From positions 54,463,744-54,527,743 of the forward strand of contig NC_081362.1 in NCBI RefSeq assembly GCF_030684315.1: DNA of 64,000 nt, given 5' to 3'. The position numbers and the translations under genes are program-made. Positions 1 through 13,159 of the stretch are shown here, piece by piece. The DNA is from Stegostoma tigrinum (taxonomy: Eukaryota). The notes under the pieces were generated by a model. The model was given only the letters and a program-made list of their open reading frames with translations. It searched no databases and had not been told where the DNA came from. How positions within the stretch are numbered: position 1 is the stretch's first letter; each line of letters begins with the position of its first letter.

Positions 1-779
1 AAATTTTGGAAGTATGAATTATGTAACCCACGTGGGAATATCTTGAGTGGGTTAAATACGTGCAAGTTCCCTGCACAGGTTAAGAGGAAATGGGATTGAT
101 TTATAATACAGTATTAAAATTTTGTCAACTAAAGTTCAGAGGTATCGCATCTAAACGACACTACCAAAAAGTTTGAGGATTCAGACTTCAATCCTTCCAT
201 TCCATTGTGATCCTGGACTGAACAATATTGCCTACAAACTGAGGTATGCATAGTGACAGGAACAATGGAGCAGGGTGTAGATCAGCAAAAGTGATTGACT
301 GAGGTATAGAGCAATGTTTTCAGTCTCGTTAGCATAAGTACAAACCTAAGGCAGACATCGCAAAAGAAAGCTGACTATTTGGCATTTCAAGTTATAATTG
401 AATTTTTGTTATGGAATGAATACATGAGCCATCTATTTTTCCTACTGCCTGCCACAGAAGAAAACCAATCAGTTATAAAAATTAGGTGATGCATTTCTAG
501 GACTCAAGGTTCAGTTCAGGCGAATGGGTGAAGTGTAATTTTCATTTCATCCAGTTGTAAAAATAATTTTTGAAATTCACTCATTTTTAACATCTGTTTA
601 TTTGTTCTTGTGATACTGGTAAGGCTATATCCATTCTTTGCCTGGTTTCTTGGGGCCAGTTAATTGAGTTCTGTGAAAGATGCTTCGTTCGTATTTTGAA
701 AGTGGATGGAAGTTCCAGTCTGTTGAGTCTGTTTTCCATGAAGGATTCTTGTTCTGCTGAATTAGCAGCAGTATATACG

Positions 780-950
780 TACAAACATATGAATTAGGTA
801 CATGTGTGAGCTCTTCAACCCCAAAACCTACTTCATCATTCAATAAGGTAATGACTGATCTCATTCCTCTCATTTCTGCCTGTCTCTGATAACCTTTCAC
901 CTCCTTCAGATCAAGTATCTATCTACTTCAGTCTTCGAAATATTCAAAGA
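780..950 (-). mobile_element. CR1 LINE 3'-end fragment
   Basis: Resembles the reverse complement of the CR1 3' ends seen elsewhere in the window (cattcaataagg..gactgatct..tatctatcta..gtctt..aaatattca). Confidence 0.6.
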
Positions 951-1964
951 ACAAGCACCTGCTTAAGGATAGCCACTTGATAAAGATTGTGCAGGCCTGC
1001 CAGGCTTACAAGTCAATGTTCTAATGTGCAAAGTGTATGATAAAAGAAAAGTCCATTCCCAGTAAACGCTAAATCACAGTGAGAATCACTAAACAGATAT
1101 TACACATTGTGAGCCAGCACTATTCAAGTGGCCACAGTTTGCAAGATGCCTTGAGGCCTAATACACTTACCTGTAATTGGTACTGAAAAAGTGTTTTTTC
1201 CTTGGCAGAGTCATGTTGTGTGCTTCCATTAGCTTTAAAACACCAGCTGCTGTGCAGCATTATGTTGGCACAATTTAGTATACTATGATTTTTTTTGGTA
1301 GTACCTTTTTGTTTTAGGCATGCTGCAATGACACACCATGTGGGATTTCAGAGTACAAGCACTCCATTTGCCTTGTACAGCAATACAGATCTCCTTAGTA
1401 GCTATCATATTGGACCAGTGCTTATATACACTATTGGAGTTATACCTTCAGTTTCTTGTTTCTTTACTTTTGCATCACACTTTTTTTGTCCCCTCTCCTT
1501 TATCCTTGCCAAAAGCTGCTAATTTTTTTCAGTTCCCCATTTGAGGGTGTGGCCCTTTCTCATTTGAGTTTCCCAAAATGTATTGCTTCAATAATTATAT
1601 AAAATATCAACAACTTGAACTTTGCAAATGAGCTGAACTCAATATTGAGTGAAAACAGCCCAGTTCCATTTCAGGTTGTAAAAATGCCACACAGTATAAA
1701 TAATGGCATTGTTCTTTTTTTTTAAAAAAATGCAAGTTGAAGCATTTTTGATAGTCTTTACTGCCATTTTCTTGGGAAGAGAAATTTAACTTTTCAAAAG
1801 GAACATTGTTCAAATCTTAAAGTCTGAAGCAAATAACAGTCCCAGAGGAAACGTATAGGAATAGTTGGTTGTACAGTTATGTTCCGCCTTCTACAAATTA
1901 GAAGCCATCCAGTACTTTGCTGCTCATGTCCAAGCATGTAAAGCCTGGCTCCCTTATACTTGCT

Positions 1965-2078
1965 ATTAGCATATCTGAATCAGATAGTGTAATTACACAC
2001 CACCTAGAGCAGGCAGGATTTGACCCCACAACTCCTAGCTCAGAGACAGGGACGCTACCATCATGCCGCAAGTGCCCT
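1965..2078 (-). mobile_element. Short tRNA-derived SINE
   Basis: Minus strand reads gggcacttgcggcatgatggtagcgtccctgtctctgag...ggggtcaaatcctgcc, with A-box-like and B-box-like motifs. Confidence 0.55.
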
Positions 2079-2776
2079 CTCTGACTTGTGTATCCCAGTT
2101 CTCTTGCTGCTTTCCCTTAGAATTTCCCAGGTGGCACTTGATGAAAGGGCAGGCACATACTTCACACAAGCTCTTTCTCAGCAGGAATCAGGCTTCAACA
2201 AGCACTGAGCCCACATTGCACAGTAGAAGAAACCACAAGCATTTTACAGAACCACACAGCTGTCAAGAGTCAGTCTGAGCTTCATGCAAGCCATTGCTGC
2301 TCCAGAGATTGCCATCTCAAATTCTGATATCACTGGCCCACTGTTTGGGAAGTGTTGTTTTTATGCAAATGAACATTGTTATTGCAGTCTATCCTGAGAG
2401 AGTTGCTCTTCCTCCAGAATATTATGGTGTGCGATAGTGATTTAGTTATTGAATTAGGTGCTTTGAAGAAAAGTTAGAAGGGAGCATATCTAACAAAGGA
2501 GTTACCATCAAACTGATCTAGGAGAGTCCAGAATGTACTCATGTCAAAAGTATAAAATAAAAATAATTAATTTTAGTGGAATAAAACACTAAGCCCAGAT
2601 AAATTGGCAGATCATAGTGGGCTAGCAAGATAAAAATAAGAATAGTGGAGTATCTGCAGGTCAAGTGCATTACAGACCAGAGTAAAGGGGCTATGTCAAA
2701 GACAAGTTCCACAATAATCATGGGGAAGGAAAGACTAAACAGGTAGCATCTTAAAGGAAGGACTTCCATTTGTTTT

Positions 2777-3349
2777 CAGAGATAATGGGAACTGCACATG
2801 CTGAAGAATCTGAGATAACAAGGTGTGGAGCTGGATGAACACAGCAGGCCAAGCAGCATCTCAGGAGCACAAAAGCTGATGTTTCGGGCCTAGACCCTTC
2901 ATCAGAAAAGTTGGTTCCATAGGCAGGTGCTGAGAAGGTGATGTGGCTGTGGTACCTGGTTTGCTTCAGGACATGGTCGAGCAGTTTCAAGGCCGAAAAG
3001 ATGACGAGAGTTGCAGTGGGAGAGGGATCCCCTGAGGTTGGTCCGGAGGGAGGAGGGTAACTTCTTCAGGTTAGGCATCCTGGAAGAGGCTTCGCAGTGA
3101 GGTTAAAATTGTGATCACAGATAATGGGAACTGCAGATGCTGGAGAATCTGAGGTAACAAAGTGTGGAGCTGGATGAACACAGCAGGCCAAGCAGCATCT
3201 TAGGAGCACAAAAACTGACGTTTCGGGCCTCGACCCTTCATCAGAAAAGGCCTTTTCTAATGTAGGGTCTAGGTGCGAAACGTCAGTTTTTGTGCTCCTA
3301 AGATGCTGCTTGGCCTGCTGTGTTGATCCACCTCCACACTTTGTTATCG
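2777..3349 (-). mobile_element. Internally deleted Penelope-like element: pLTR - 5' ORF remnant - pLTR, plus inverted pLTR arm
   Basis: Direct repeats at ~2777-2909 and ~3116-3250; inverted arm 3251-3349. TSD cttccatttgtttt (2763-2776) / ctttcatttgtttt (3350-3363), 1 mismatch. ORF remnant from ATG at 3078 (minus): MPNLKKLPSSLRTNLRGSLSHCNS../KLLDHVLKQTRYHSHITF/LSTCLWNQL, frameshifted. Confidence 0.8.
3217..3244 (-). ncRNA. Minimal hammerhead-ribozyme-like core (PLE type)
   Basis: Minus strand: CTGATGA-AGGGTCGAGGCCC-GAAACGTC. Conserved CUGAUGA and GAAA boxes, GGG/CCC stem II, palindromic ACGU stem III and GUC cleavage triplet. Stem I is only about 2 bp. Confidence 0.65.
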
Positions 3350-3651
3350 CTTTCATTTGTTTTGTCCCTTTTTCAGGATAGCCTAGTCTTTCCAGCCAGT
3401 TAAGCACTTGCCCTTTTTAATTGTAGGAAGTTGTGGCAGTAAATTTGCATAGTGCTCCAAACAACAGAAAAAAATAAGAAAGCAATCTGTTTGTAGTAGA
3501 TCTTCAGGGATAAGTATTAACCAGTTCACTTCTTTTGTTGTGAAAACTACCTTTCTTGCTGGTATATGGAGGATGATGGGCTGCATTGAAGTGGAATGGT
3601 GGATCCGCTTGGCATTGGCAGTCTGGGGCATGGAGCATTGGACATTGGGAC

Positions 3652-3965
3652 AGAATCATAGAATCCCTACAGTGCAGCAAGAGGTCATTTAGCCCATCAA
3701 ATCTGCACGGACTGTTTGAAGAGCATCCCATAAAGATGCAGCAACCCTAACCCTATCCCTATAATCCCACATGACCATGGCTCATTCACCCAACCTGCAT
3801 TTTTTAGGATTGAGGGAGGAAAGCAGGGCACCCAGCAGAAACCCACTCAGAACAGGGAGAGCATGTAAACTACACACAGGCAGTCACATAAGGCTGGAAT
3901 CTAACTCCGGTCCCTGGCGCTGTGAAGTAGTAGTGCTAACCATTGAGTCATTGTGCATGCTGCCC
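3652..3965 (-). mobile_element. HE1-type V-SINE (tRNA-derived)
   Basis: Reverse complement of the SINE at 7820; more diverged. Confidence 0.85.
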
Positions 3966-4114
3966 CAAAGTTTGGTGTGAGGGGCAATGAATTGGCATTG
4001 CTGAGTTGAGGGGCATAGATTGGCATGGGGGTGGAAGAGTAAGCTTTCATGACCTTTAAGCAATGTTGGGAGCTGGTCTCCTATGATGGAGAACAGAGAG
4101 AGATTCACTACTGC

Positions 4115-5040
4115 ATCTTACTAATGGTCATTAGGCCCTTCAGGCCATTGAGTCTGCTCTGCTGTTCAGTAAGATCATGGCTGGTTTGATCATCCTGAAC
4201 TCTGCTTTCCAGCCTTTATCCTAAACCCTTGATTCCTTTGAATATATTTAATGACTCAATAGTTTTCTACAGCTTGGAAAAAAAAATTCCACTCATTCAG
4301 CCTCCCTTGGAGAAAAAATGTCTTCTCATCTCTGACTGAAATAGGCGCGTTCTTATCCTGAGAGTTCTAGCCTCTCCCTCAATTGGGAACCACCTTTACA
4401 CATCTATCCTGCCATGCCCCTTACAAATTTTGCATGTTTCAAGAAAATTGCTTCTCATCTAAATTCCTACAAGTACAGGCCTAAGCTACTGATCCTCTCC
4501 TCGTAATACAGTCCCTTCATACCTAGTGAACCTTGTTTGGACAGCACTGTACTCCAACTGTGGTCTAACTTGCCTAGTTTTAGCAAAAAGTCCTTAATTT
4601 TATACTCCATTCCCTTTCAGATTCCATTTTTAAAACTCCAACATTGTTTTTTGCAATACAATACATTCCATTACACTTCCATAACCAGATCCAAAATAGC
4701 CTAGTCTCTGGTTGGATCCACGACATATTGTTCAAGGAGACTATTCTGAATGCTATCTGTTTTCTTCCTCAGTTTCCTCTGGCAATCTTATTATCCCAAT
4801 TTGCATTAAGTTTAAGGACATATTTTATTTTTATTTATTTGCCTTTTCTTTCCTGCACCCAAAAGGATTCTACAGCTTCCAATCTGAAATAATTTCTTCC
4901 TATCATATTTATTCCATCCCATACCAACAAAGCCACCCTACTATGCTTCCCTTTCTTTCCAGCCTTTCAAAAAAAATCACCTACTCCCAAATATATAGTT
5001 CCCAGCTTTGATCCCCTTGTGACAATTTCGCCAATCATCT
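4115..5040 (-). mobile_element. Decayed CR1 LINE fragments
   Basis: CR1 3' end (ggccattgagtctgctctgctgttcagtaagatcatggctg) followed by RT C-terminal and endonuclease-region remnants on the minus strand. Confidence 0.7.
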
Positions 5041-5050
5041 ATTTTTTTTT

Positions 5051-5371
5051 TAGAATTGGAATTAGAATCCCTACAGTGTGGAAACAGGCCCTTCGGCCCA
5101 ACAAGCCCACACCGAACCTCGGAGCATCCCACCCAGACCCATCCCTTTATAACCCACCTAATCTATACCTCCCTGAACACTATGGGCAATTTAGCATGGC
5201 CAGTCCACCTAACCTGCACATCTTTGGACTGTGGGAGGAAACCGGAGCACCCGGAGGAAACCCACGCAGACACAGGGAGAAAGTGCAAACTCCACACAGA
5301 CAGTCGCCCAAGGCTGTAACTGAACCTGGGTCCCTGGCGCTGTGAGGCAGCAGTGCTAACCACTGAGCCAT
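5051..5371 (-). mobile_element. HE1-type V-SINE
   Basis: Minus strand tggctcagtggttagcactgctgcctcacagcgccagggacccaggttc (A/B boxes), V-domain gtgggtttcctccgggtgctccggtttcctcccacagtccaaagatgtgc, and a CR1-like tail. Confidence 0.92.
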
Positions 5372-6479
5372 CTTATTCTCAATGTTCAGCGTGTTCAAGT
5401 AAAGAACCACTAATTTTGCCTTATACAATTTTGTCACCTTTTGACTCTCTGTCATTTTTCTATGGCCATGTACTCTGCCCCTTCCTGTCCTACTGTAGAA
5501 ATTGTTATCCAAATAATTGCCATGTAATGCTTCCATAATCATATTATATTCCTCGTTAACTGCATCATGGCTCGCAAAATGCACTGCAGATCCAAATGCT
5601 GTGTGGAAAGACAAAACTCCAAGGTTGCACATGCAATTTTGTGCACAAAAGTGAAAGGTGGGATTTTCCCAAGCCTATAGACTGTCTGGCCCCATGTATT
5701 GCTCTAAACTATGCTTATTCCCATTGAGGCCAGTATCTTTTCTATGGTGCAATACCCAGAATTATCTGTAGTACTGAAGGTGAAGTCTGACCAGGGTTTT
5801 GTATAGCTGAGGTATGTCTTTTATCCCAGATATAAAGTCCAGCATTCCATCGGCCTTTTGGATAATTCTCTTTATCAGCTGATGTCAATTTAATGATTTA
5901 TGTACTTTGACCCATGTCTCTTTGGCCGTCCGTTGTTTCTACCTTTTATACCATTATAAAGTTCAAAGGGTGACTCTGATTTTACTTAGGATTATATGCT
6001 GATGATGTGCCAATTCTTATAAAAGATATGATCTTTGTAATTAAAGATGATGCTAAATGAGTAGAGAGATAGCTAAGGACAGAAAGTAAAATGTGGATGT
6101 AATTAATATTTTTAGAACTATTGGCGTGTGGAAAGGTCTTGAAAGGATCACTGACATTTGTGTACAAATAAAATGCACACAGACACAAGAATTGATATCT
6201 TGGGGCCATAAAGAAAGAAAGAATACCAAAAATTACAGGCTGATGCAGGTTAGCAAATCGGGTGCTAGATGCAATTCAATGCTAGAAAAGCTGAAGTAGA
6301 TCATTTCCGGGAGATGGAGATGAAAAACAGTTGAAGGAAAAAGCCTTGAAATGTTAAGACTCTTAACTGTGATTACTTAGTTCTTGTGTGCTTACATCTC
6401 TGACATTACCTGTGTTTTTATATTCTTATAAAGAAATAGGAAAAGTCTTGAAGTTCTGAACTGAAATGACTGAAATGCT

Positions 6480-7230
6480 TCAACTAATTTGCAAACAACA
6501 AGCTTTGTCCATTCATTCATGGTAAAAACAGCAAAGAACAAAAAATGAGAGAAAAATTATGGTGTATGAGAAAGCTAACCAGAAATATAGCTAGGTAATG
6601 AAATTTTCTACAATTTTTTTAAGGAAACAAAAAGTTAATATTTGTCCTATAGAAGGCACACCTGGAGAACTAATAATGAAAACTAAGGAAATGGCTGGTG
6701 AATTGAAGAAATCTTGCATTGATCTGCACTATAGAGAATATAAATTACATCTCCGATGCAGCGATAAATTAGGAAATGGAAGGGAAGAAGAAACACAAAA
6801 TCACCTTGACTAAGGCCTGGCCTATGTGTGACTCCATATCCAGAGCAATATGGTTGACTCTTAAGTGCCCTCTGAAATGGCTGACCAAGTTACTTAGTTC
6901 GGGGTGATTAGGTGTTGGGCCTCAAAAAAAAGCCAGACTATTGTTACGTTGATTTTAACTTTCAAAAACTCCATTGATTTGGGAATGTTTCCATTAGATT
7001 AGAAGATAATGAACAGAGCTCCCTTACTCAAAAAGAGAGAGACAGTAAACAGGAAACTCTATGCCGGTTAGCTTAACTTCTGTCATGGGAAGATGTTAGC
7101 AAATATTATTAAACAGGTTGTTGCAGGACACTTAAGTAAGTTTGAGGTAATCAGGTGTAGAATCAAAATCATTTTGTGAATGGCAGATCCTGATTCACCA
7201 ATTTTTCGAAGTTCTTCGGGGAGATGACAT
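6480..7230 (+). mobile_element. Decayed CR1 ORF2 fragment with a nested SINE-tail insert (~6810-6920)
   Basis: GELIMKTKEMAGELK linker motif, then a degenerate RT N-terminal region (ccattagattagaagataatgaac..ccggttagcttaacttctgtc). Confidence 0.65.
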
Positions 7231-7610
7231 GTCAGTCATTCTGCATAGAAACAGACCTTTGGCCCACCATGTCTATGCTGACAAGTACCAAACTATACTC
7301 ATTCCCATTTTCCTATGTTTGCTTCATTTTAAAATGCCAGGGCATAGTGGGAATACTAACCCAGATGCTTCTTAAATGTTGCTAGAATACCTGCCTCTGT
7401 TGCCCTCTCAAGCAGCACGTTCCACATATCCACCACCCTCTGGGTGGAAGAAGATTTTTTTCAGATTTCCGCTAAACCACCTGCTCTTCACTTTTTAAAA
7501 ATTCTGTTCTATGATCTTAGCATATGTATCTATGGGGAAGAAATTTTCACAATCTACTCTATCAGTACCTGTCAATTTTGTGTACCTCAATCAGATCTCT
7601 TCTCTCTCCG

Positions 7611-7633
7611 CCCCCCCCCCCCCCCCCCCCCCC
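7611..7633. repeat. Poly-C homopolymer (23 nt)
   Basis: Seen directly. Confidence 0.95.
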
Positions 7634-7819
7634 GGCCAACAGTCTCCTCTGCTCCAAGGAAAACAAACCCAGCCTATACAGTCTGTCCTCATAATTGAGA
7701 CTTTTTGTCCCAGGTAACAGCCAAGGACCAGCCTTCGATGTGGGACATTGTCAAAGTCCTTACTGAAGTCCATTGTAAACCATATCAACTGCACTACCTT
7801 TATCAATACCTGCCTTATT

Positions 7820-8132
7820 GGGCAGCACAGTAGCTCAGTGGTTAGCACTGCAGCCTCAGCACCAGGGACCTGGGTTCAATTCCAGCCTCGAGTGACTGTC
7901 TGTGTGGAGTTTGCACATTCACCCCGTGTCTGCATGGGTTTCCTCCGGGTGCTCCGGTTTCCTCCCACAGTCCAAAGATGTGCAGGTTAGGTGGACTGGC
8001 CATGCTAAATTGCCCATAGTGTTCAGGGGTATGTGTATTACGGAGGATGGGTCTGGTTGGGATTCTTCAAGGGGTGGTGTGGACTTGTTGGGCCGAAGGG
8101 TCAGTTTCCACACTGTAGGGAATCTGATCTAA
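7820..8132 (+). mobile_element. HE1-type V-SINE, full length
   Basis: A-box tagctcagtgg at 7831, B-box ggttcaattcc at 7873, V-domain core, tail gggccgaagggtcagtttccacactgtaggg. Confidence 0.92.
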
Positions 8133-9379
8133 TACATTTAGTCTCCTTTTCAAAAAAATCAGTTAAAATAGTCAGACAGGATCTCCCTCTAACAAATCTG
8201 AGCTGACTGTCCTTGATCACTCCCTGTCTTTCCAAGTATTGATCAATCCTGTCCTTCACATTTTTTTCCAATAATTTCCCCACCACTGATGTTAGTCGAA
8301 CTGATTACCCGCCCTATCTCTGCTGCCTTTCTTAAGCAAAGGAACCACACTGGCTACCCTTCACTCATCTGGCACCTTGTCGGTGGTCAGTGAAGTATTA
8401 AATATATCTGCCATGGACCCAACAATCTTTACCCTTGCTGCCTGTAGCAACCTGGAATAGATCTCATCAGGCCCTGGGGATTTGTGTATCTATGTGCCTG
8501 CCAAAACAGCTAATACTTCCTCTTTATTAATCTTCGTTTGTTCCAGACCCCCTCGTTCCAACAGAAATTCCTGGCTACAATGTCTTTCTCCTCTGTGAAT
8601 AGAGGTGAGAAGTATTCGTTTAAAACCTCACCCATGTCCACTGGCTCCATGCTTGAATTTCCATAATTTATCCCACTCTTTCCCTGGTTCTCCTCTTAGT
8701 CCTAATATACTTGGGCTTTACCTTGGTCCCACTTGCCAAAGATATTTTGTTGCTCCCCTTTGCCCTTGTAAATTCTTTGTTAAGCAGCCCCCTACTTCAA
8801 AACTTTTTTGAATAGTTTTCCCTGCTGTATCTGACACATGCTTCCTACTTTTTCTTTATAAAACTGTCCATAACCCTTGACATCCAGTGTTCCCTGGACT
8901 TGCTGCAATTGCCCTTCACTCTTAAAGGTACATGCTGGTGCTGAATTAATTCTCACTGTCCTACTTATAAAGGACTCCCTCTTTCCAAATGTAGACTTGA
9001 TATAAGTAGCTGCTCCAAATTGGTCTTTGGCAGCCTTTGTCTAATGATATTGAAATCAACCTTCCTGCAATTGAAGCACTTAACTTCTATACTATCCTTG
9101 CCCTTTTCCATATTGACTTTGAAATTTAGGGTAATGGTCACAGTCTTCAAAATGCTCGCTTACTGAAACTTCAACCACTTGACCGGCTTCATTCCCTAGG
9201 ACTATGTCTAGCACTGCCTCATCTACTATCTGTATACTGGCATAGTCTCCCAGATGCAGCCTAAAAATTTGACCCCATCTTGTCCTTTTACACTAAGGTG
9301 ATCCCAATTAATGTTAGCAAGGTGGATGTTAAAAATCAAATTAAGAACTAAGTAAGTAAAACATACCATACAGGGAGCA

Positions 9380-12190
9380 ATTCAAGACAGAGGAGAAAAG
9401 AGAAATATTGTTGAAATCGGGGATAGTATATAGTTAGGGAAATTGACACTGTTCTCTGTGGCTAGATTCAAGAGTCCAAAAACAGTGTTGCCTGCCTGGT
9501 GACTGGGTTCAGGATATCTCATGTGGGCTGCAGAGGAGTTTGGAGCAGGAGGGGAAAGAACTGGTTGTCATGGTTCATGTGGTTCCAATTATCTAGGTGG
9601 AAAGAGGTTTTGCTGGGGGAATATGAATAGCTTGGTGTGAAATTTAAAAAAAATCAGGAAGGTAATAATGTCTAGACTACGACCTGAGCCACAAGCTAAA
9701 CGGCACAAAGTCAATAAGATTAAAGAGAGAAATGTCTGGCTCAAAGATGGGTGTGGGAGAAACCGGTTTGAATTCATGGGATTTTGGCACCAGTACTGGG
9801 GAAGGAGAGAGATGGTCTGATGGGATGGGCTCCACCTGAATTTTATGCTGGGACCAGAGTCTTGGCGAATCGTATAACTATGGTTATGGATAGTGCTTTC
9901 AACTAACATTGGGTGTGGTAGTTGTCAGTTGTATGGAAAATCAGAAAAATTAAAGCGGGGGAGAACTCAACAGAGGCTAATTAAAGTTTCCATAATAATA
10001 TGGAGTATGGAAAGGGTCAGGAGTCTAACTTAAGGTACAGCAGATGACTATGACAAGGCAGGAACAGTTAAGACAGGATTGAGGGTGCTGTACTTAATTT
10101 ACCTTATTTTGTGTACTGTGCATTTAACTTGAGTGCAGATTGAAATTGACAGGTATGATGATGTGGGTGTCATGACAAGTGTCTTCAAGGAGATCATGAC
10201 TGGGAATTAAATATCCAAGGATACGTACGCTGTCAAAAGGAGAGGCAGAGGAGGTTGGGTTGCCTTGTCGTAAGAAATGGAATTAAATAGATAGCAAGAA
10301 AAGTGATAGAATCTGTGTGAATAGAGTTGAGGAACTATAAAGGGAAAATGACCCTGCTGGGCATTGTGTAAGGCCCCCTGGCAGTAGTCAGAATGTGGGG
10401 AAGAAAATAAATCAGGAGATGGACAAGGCATGAAAAAAGGCACTGTTACAGTAATTGTGGAGTTCAAATTGCAAGTGGACTGAGAAAATCAAGTTGGTAC
10501 TAGATCTCAAGAAGAAATCTGTGGAAGGCCTAAGAGAAGGTTTCTTTTTGGAGCAATTTGTGGTAAAGGCTACACGGGAACATGCAATTTTGGATTTGAT
10601 GTGTAATGAGGGAAACTTGATTAGGAAGCTTAAAGAGAAGGAATCCTTCAGGAACAGAGACTATAATATGATAGAACACGCAGTTCGATTTGAGAAGGAG
10701 AAGCTGGAATCAGATGTAACAATATTACAATTGGGTGAAGGTATCCACAAAGATATGACAGGAGCTGGCCAGTACTTGAGGAGAGGGAATGTAGTAGGGA
10801 AAATGATACTTCAGAAACCCTTTTTCTTCAGAGACCTTTTTTTCTGAAGAAGGGTCCCGACCCAAAACATCAGCTTTCCTCCTCCTCTGATGCTGCCTGG
10901 CCTGCTGTGTTCCTCCCGCTCTACAGCTTGTTATCTCAGATTCCAGCATTGGCAGTTCCTACTGCCTCTGGCTGAGTCAGCATGGCTTTGTCAAGAGGCA
11001 GTTATGCCTCTCTAATCTGTTAGAATTCTTTGAAGTAATGAGCAATTTAAACCAAGGAGAACCAATGGATGTGGTGCATTTGGACTTCCAGAAGGCCTTT
11101 GATGTAGTGCCACAGGAGGCTGCGAAATAAAATAAGAGCCCATGGCGTGAAGGGCAAGTTAGTGACATGGATAGAGGATTGGTTGACTGGCAGAAGGCAC
11201 AGAATTGGGTTAAAGCAACCTTTTTCAGAATTGCAGCCCATGACTTGCGGAGTTCTGGAAGGGTCCACGTTGGATCACTAATAATCTACACAAAGGAGCT
11301 AAGGACATTATTGTTGCTGAATTTGCAGAGGGCACAGTGGAGAATAGGTAGGGTTGAGGAAGCAGGGTGGCTGCAGAAAGACTTGGACAGACAAAGAGAG
11401 TGGGCGAAAAGTGGTGGATGGAACACAATGTGGGAAAGTATGAGGTTATGCACTTTGTTATGAACAATAGAGGTGTAGACAGTTTTCTAAATGGGGAATG
11501 ATTTTGGAAACCTAGTTCTCAATTCTGAAGGTTAACATGCAGGTTCATTTGACAATTAGGAAGGCAAATGCAATGTTAGTATTCTTTTCCATAGGGCTGC
11601 AATTAAAGAGCAGGGATGTCTTTCTAAGGCTCTATAAGGCTCTGGTCAGACCACTTGTGAAATGATATAAGCACTTTCATGACCCTTGTGTAAAGAAGGA
11701 TATGCAGGTGTTGGAGGGGCGGCGGGGGGGCTCCTGATGAGATTTACAAGAATGATCCTGTTGATGAAGGGTGCTTCGTATGAGGAGCAGTTGTGGACTA
11801 GAAGGGTGAGGAGGATTTGATAGAAAGTGAAGAATACTGAGGGGCCTAGAGTGGACATTGAGAAGATGCTTCCACGAGTAGGAGAAAATAGGACCCAAGG
11901 GCGCAGCCTCAGAATAAAGGGACGACCCTTTAGAACTGAGATGAGGACGAAATTCCTCAGCTAGAGGGTGGTTAATCTGTGGAACTCATTGCTACAGAAG
12001 ACTATGGAGGGAAAATTATTGAGCATATTTAAGACAGAATATTAAGCTAAGCTCTTGATTAGTAAGGGGATGAAGTGTTATAGGGAGAAGGCATGAGAAG
12101 GGGCCTGCTTTACATATCAGCCATGGTTGACTTTTGGAGCAGGCTCGATGGGCTGAATGGCAAAATTCTGCTTCTATATCTTATGATCCA
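9380..12190 (+). mobile_element. Long decayed CR1 LINE with ORF1 esterase remnant, endonuclease, RT and 3' end
   Basis: From ~9410: IGDSIVREID..CCLPG..VVMVHVGSN (SGNH esterase of CR1 ORF1). Endonuclease FLEQFVVKATREHAILDL; RT VVHLDFQKAFDVVP; 3' tail ggagcaggctcgatgggctgaatggc. Internal deletion around 10800-10970. Confidence 0.85.
10843..10969 (+). mobile_element. Single Penelope pLTR arm (second subfamily) with hammerhead-like remnant
   Basis: CTGAAGA-AGGGTC-CC-GACCC-aAAACATC then ctgatgctgcctggcctgctgtgttcctcc..ttatctcagattccagcattggcagttcc. Homologous to the arms of the hairpin elements. Confidence 0.75.
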
Positions 12191-12930
12191 AGTCCCCTAC
12201 AGCTCTAATGCCATTTCTCTCACACCTTTGTGATCTGCCTTTCACTGACTGTTGGGGGGCGGGAGGTGGTTCCTGTAGTTTTATCCTACCAAGTTAATCA
12301 CTCCTTTTTTAAATTTCTGCTCTCTATCCAGATGGCTTCTTTTGAAAGCCCAATTAGGATATCCTCCCTCATTACTGCAGTGATAGTTTCTTTTATCAAT
12401 GATGCGATGCCATGGCCCACCCAACCCAACTCCACCTCCTATCGCGCCTGAAACTTCTGTACCCTGGAAAGTTGTTTTCATCCCATCCTCACCTCAGCCA
12501 TGTCTCAGTGATTGCTACAATATCACATTATCACGTACAGATCAATCTGTAAATTCATTTGGGTTACCAGTCAATCTCCTTGCATTAAAATACATACATA
12601 TAGCTTTCTTTTTCTTTCCCATGTATCTTATTCCGCCCATGTCTTCTCCACCTACTGGATTGTCCTGACATTCCTTAAGTATCTGTCTAAGCCTTTGCTC
12701 ATGGCTCATTCACTGTCATTTTAATGTTTTTATTTAGCCCCTGGTTGCTTATACTCCCTCAATAGAATCTGCTTAGTCCCACCAATATTGTTCGTACCTC
12801 CATTGACCATAACAATTAAATATTTCCCCTCCCACTCCAGGTTCCTCTCCAGCCTGAGAAGATGTCCTTAAGCCTGGCAATAGGCAAGAAACACAGCCTT
12901 TGGAGCTCATGCTGTTGGCTGCTAAGAACT
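12190..12930 (-). mobile_element. CR1 fragment (ORF1/endonuclease junction)
   Basis: Minus-strand ORF2 start (tgtatgtattttaatgcaaggagattgactggt..gatattgtagcaatcactgagacatggctg) with upstream ORF1-like sequence. Confidence 0.7.
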
Positions 12931-13159
12931 GTATCTGACTTAAACATTTCCATTAAGTAAACAAGGGTATTTCATTCAATTTTGTCAGATATTATGCCTA
13001 TATAATCATACTTTGGTTTATCAAGAGAAAAGGTTTGTGTGTGACAATGATGCAGATTACATGGACTTGTTCAGTTTAGAATATTTGGTCAGTGTGGACA
13101 AATTGGGCAGAAGGGTCTGTTTCCATGCTGTATAACTCTGACCCTAACCCCTCCTTTTC

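Larger units (their letters stand above)
7250..9320 (-). mobile_element. CR1 LINE fragments (3' end, RT, endonuclease region) interrupted by a SINE
   Basis: Minus ORFs MDFSKDFDNVPHRRL and MVGKLLEKNVKDRIDQYLERQGVIKDSQLRFVRGRSCLTILTDFFEK are typical CR1 RT motifs. Confidence 0.85.

Noticed and set aside
2751-3407. Repeated Cys-rich peptide VLLRCCLACCVHPAPH (also at 30914 and 55211) as a peptide gene family
   Set aside because: It is simply the translation of the pLTR arm; no consistent start, stop or splice structure.
7820-7890. tRNA genes at SINE heads
   Set aside because: A and B boxes are present but there is no cloverleaf, and they continue into V-SINE bodies.
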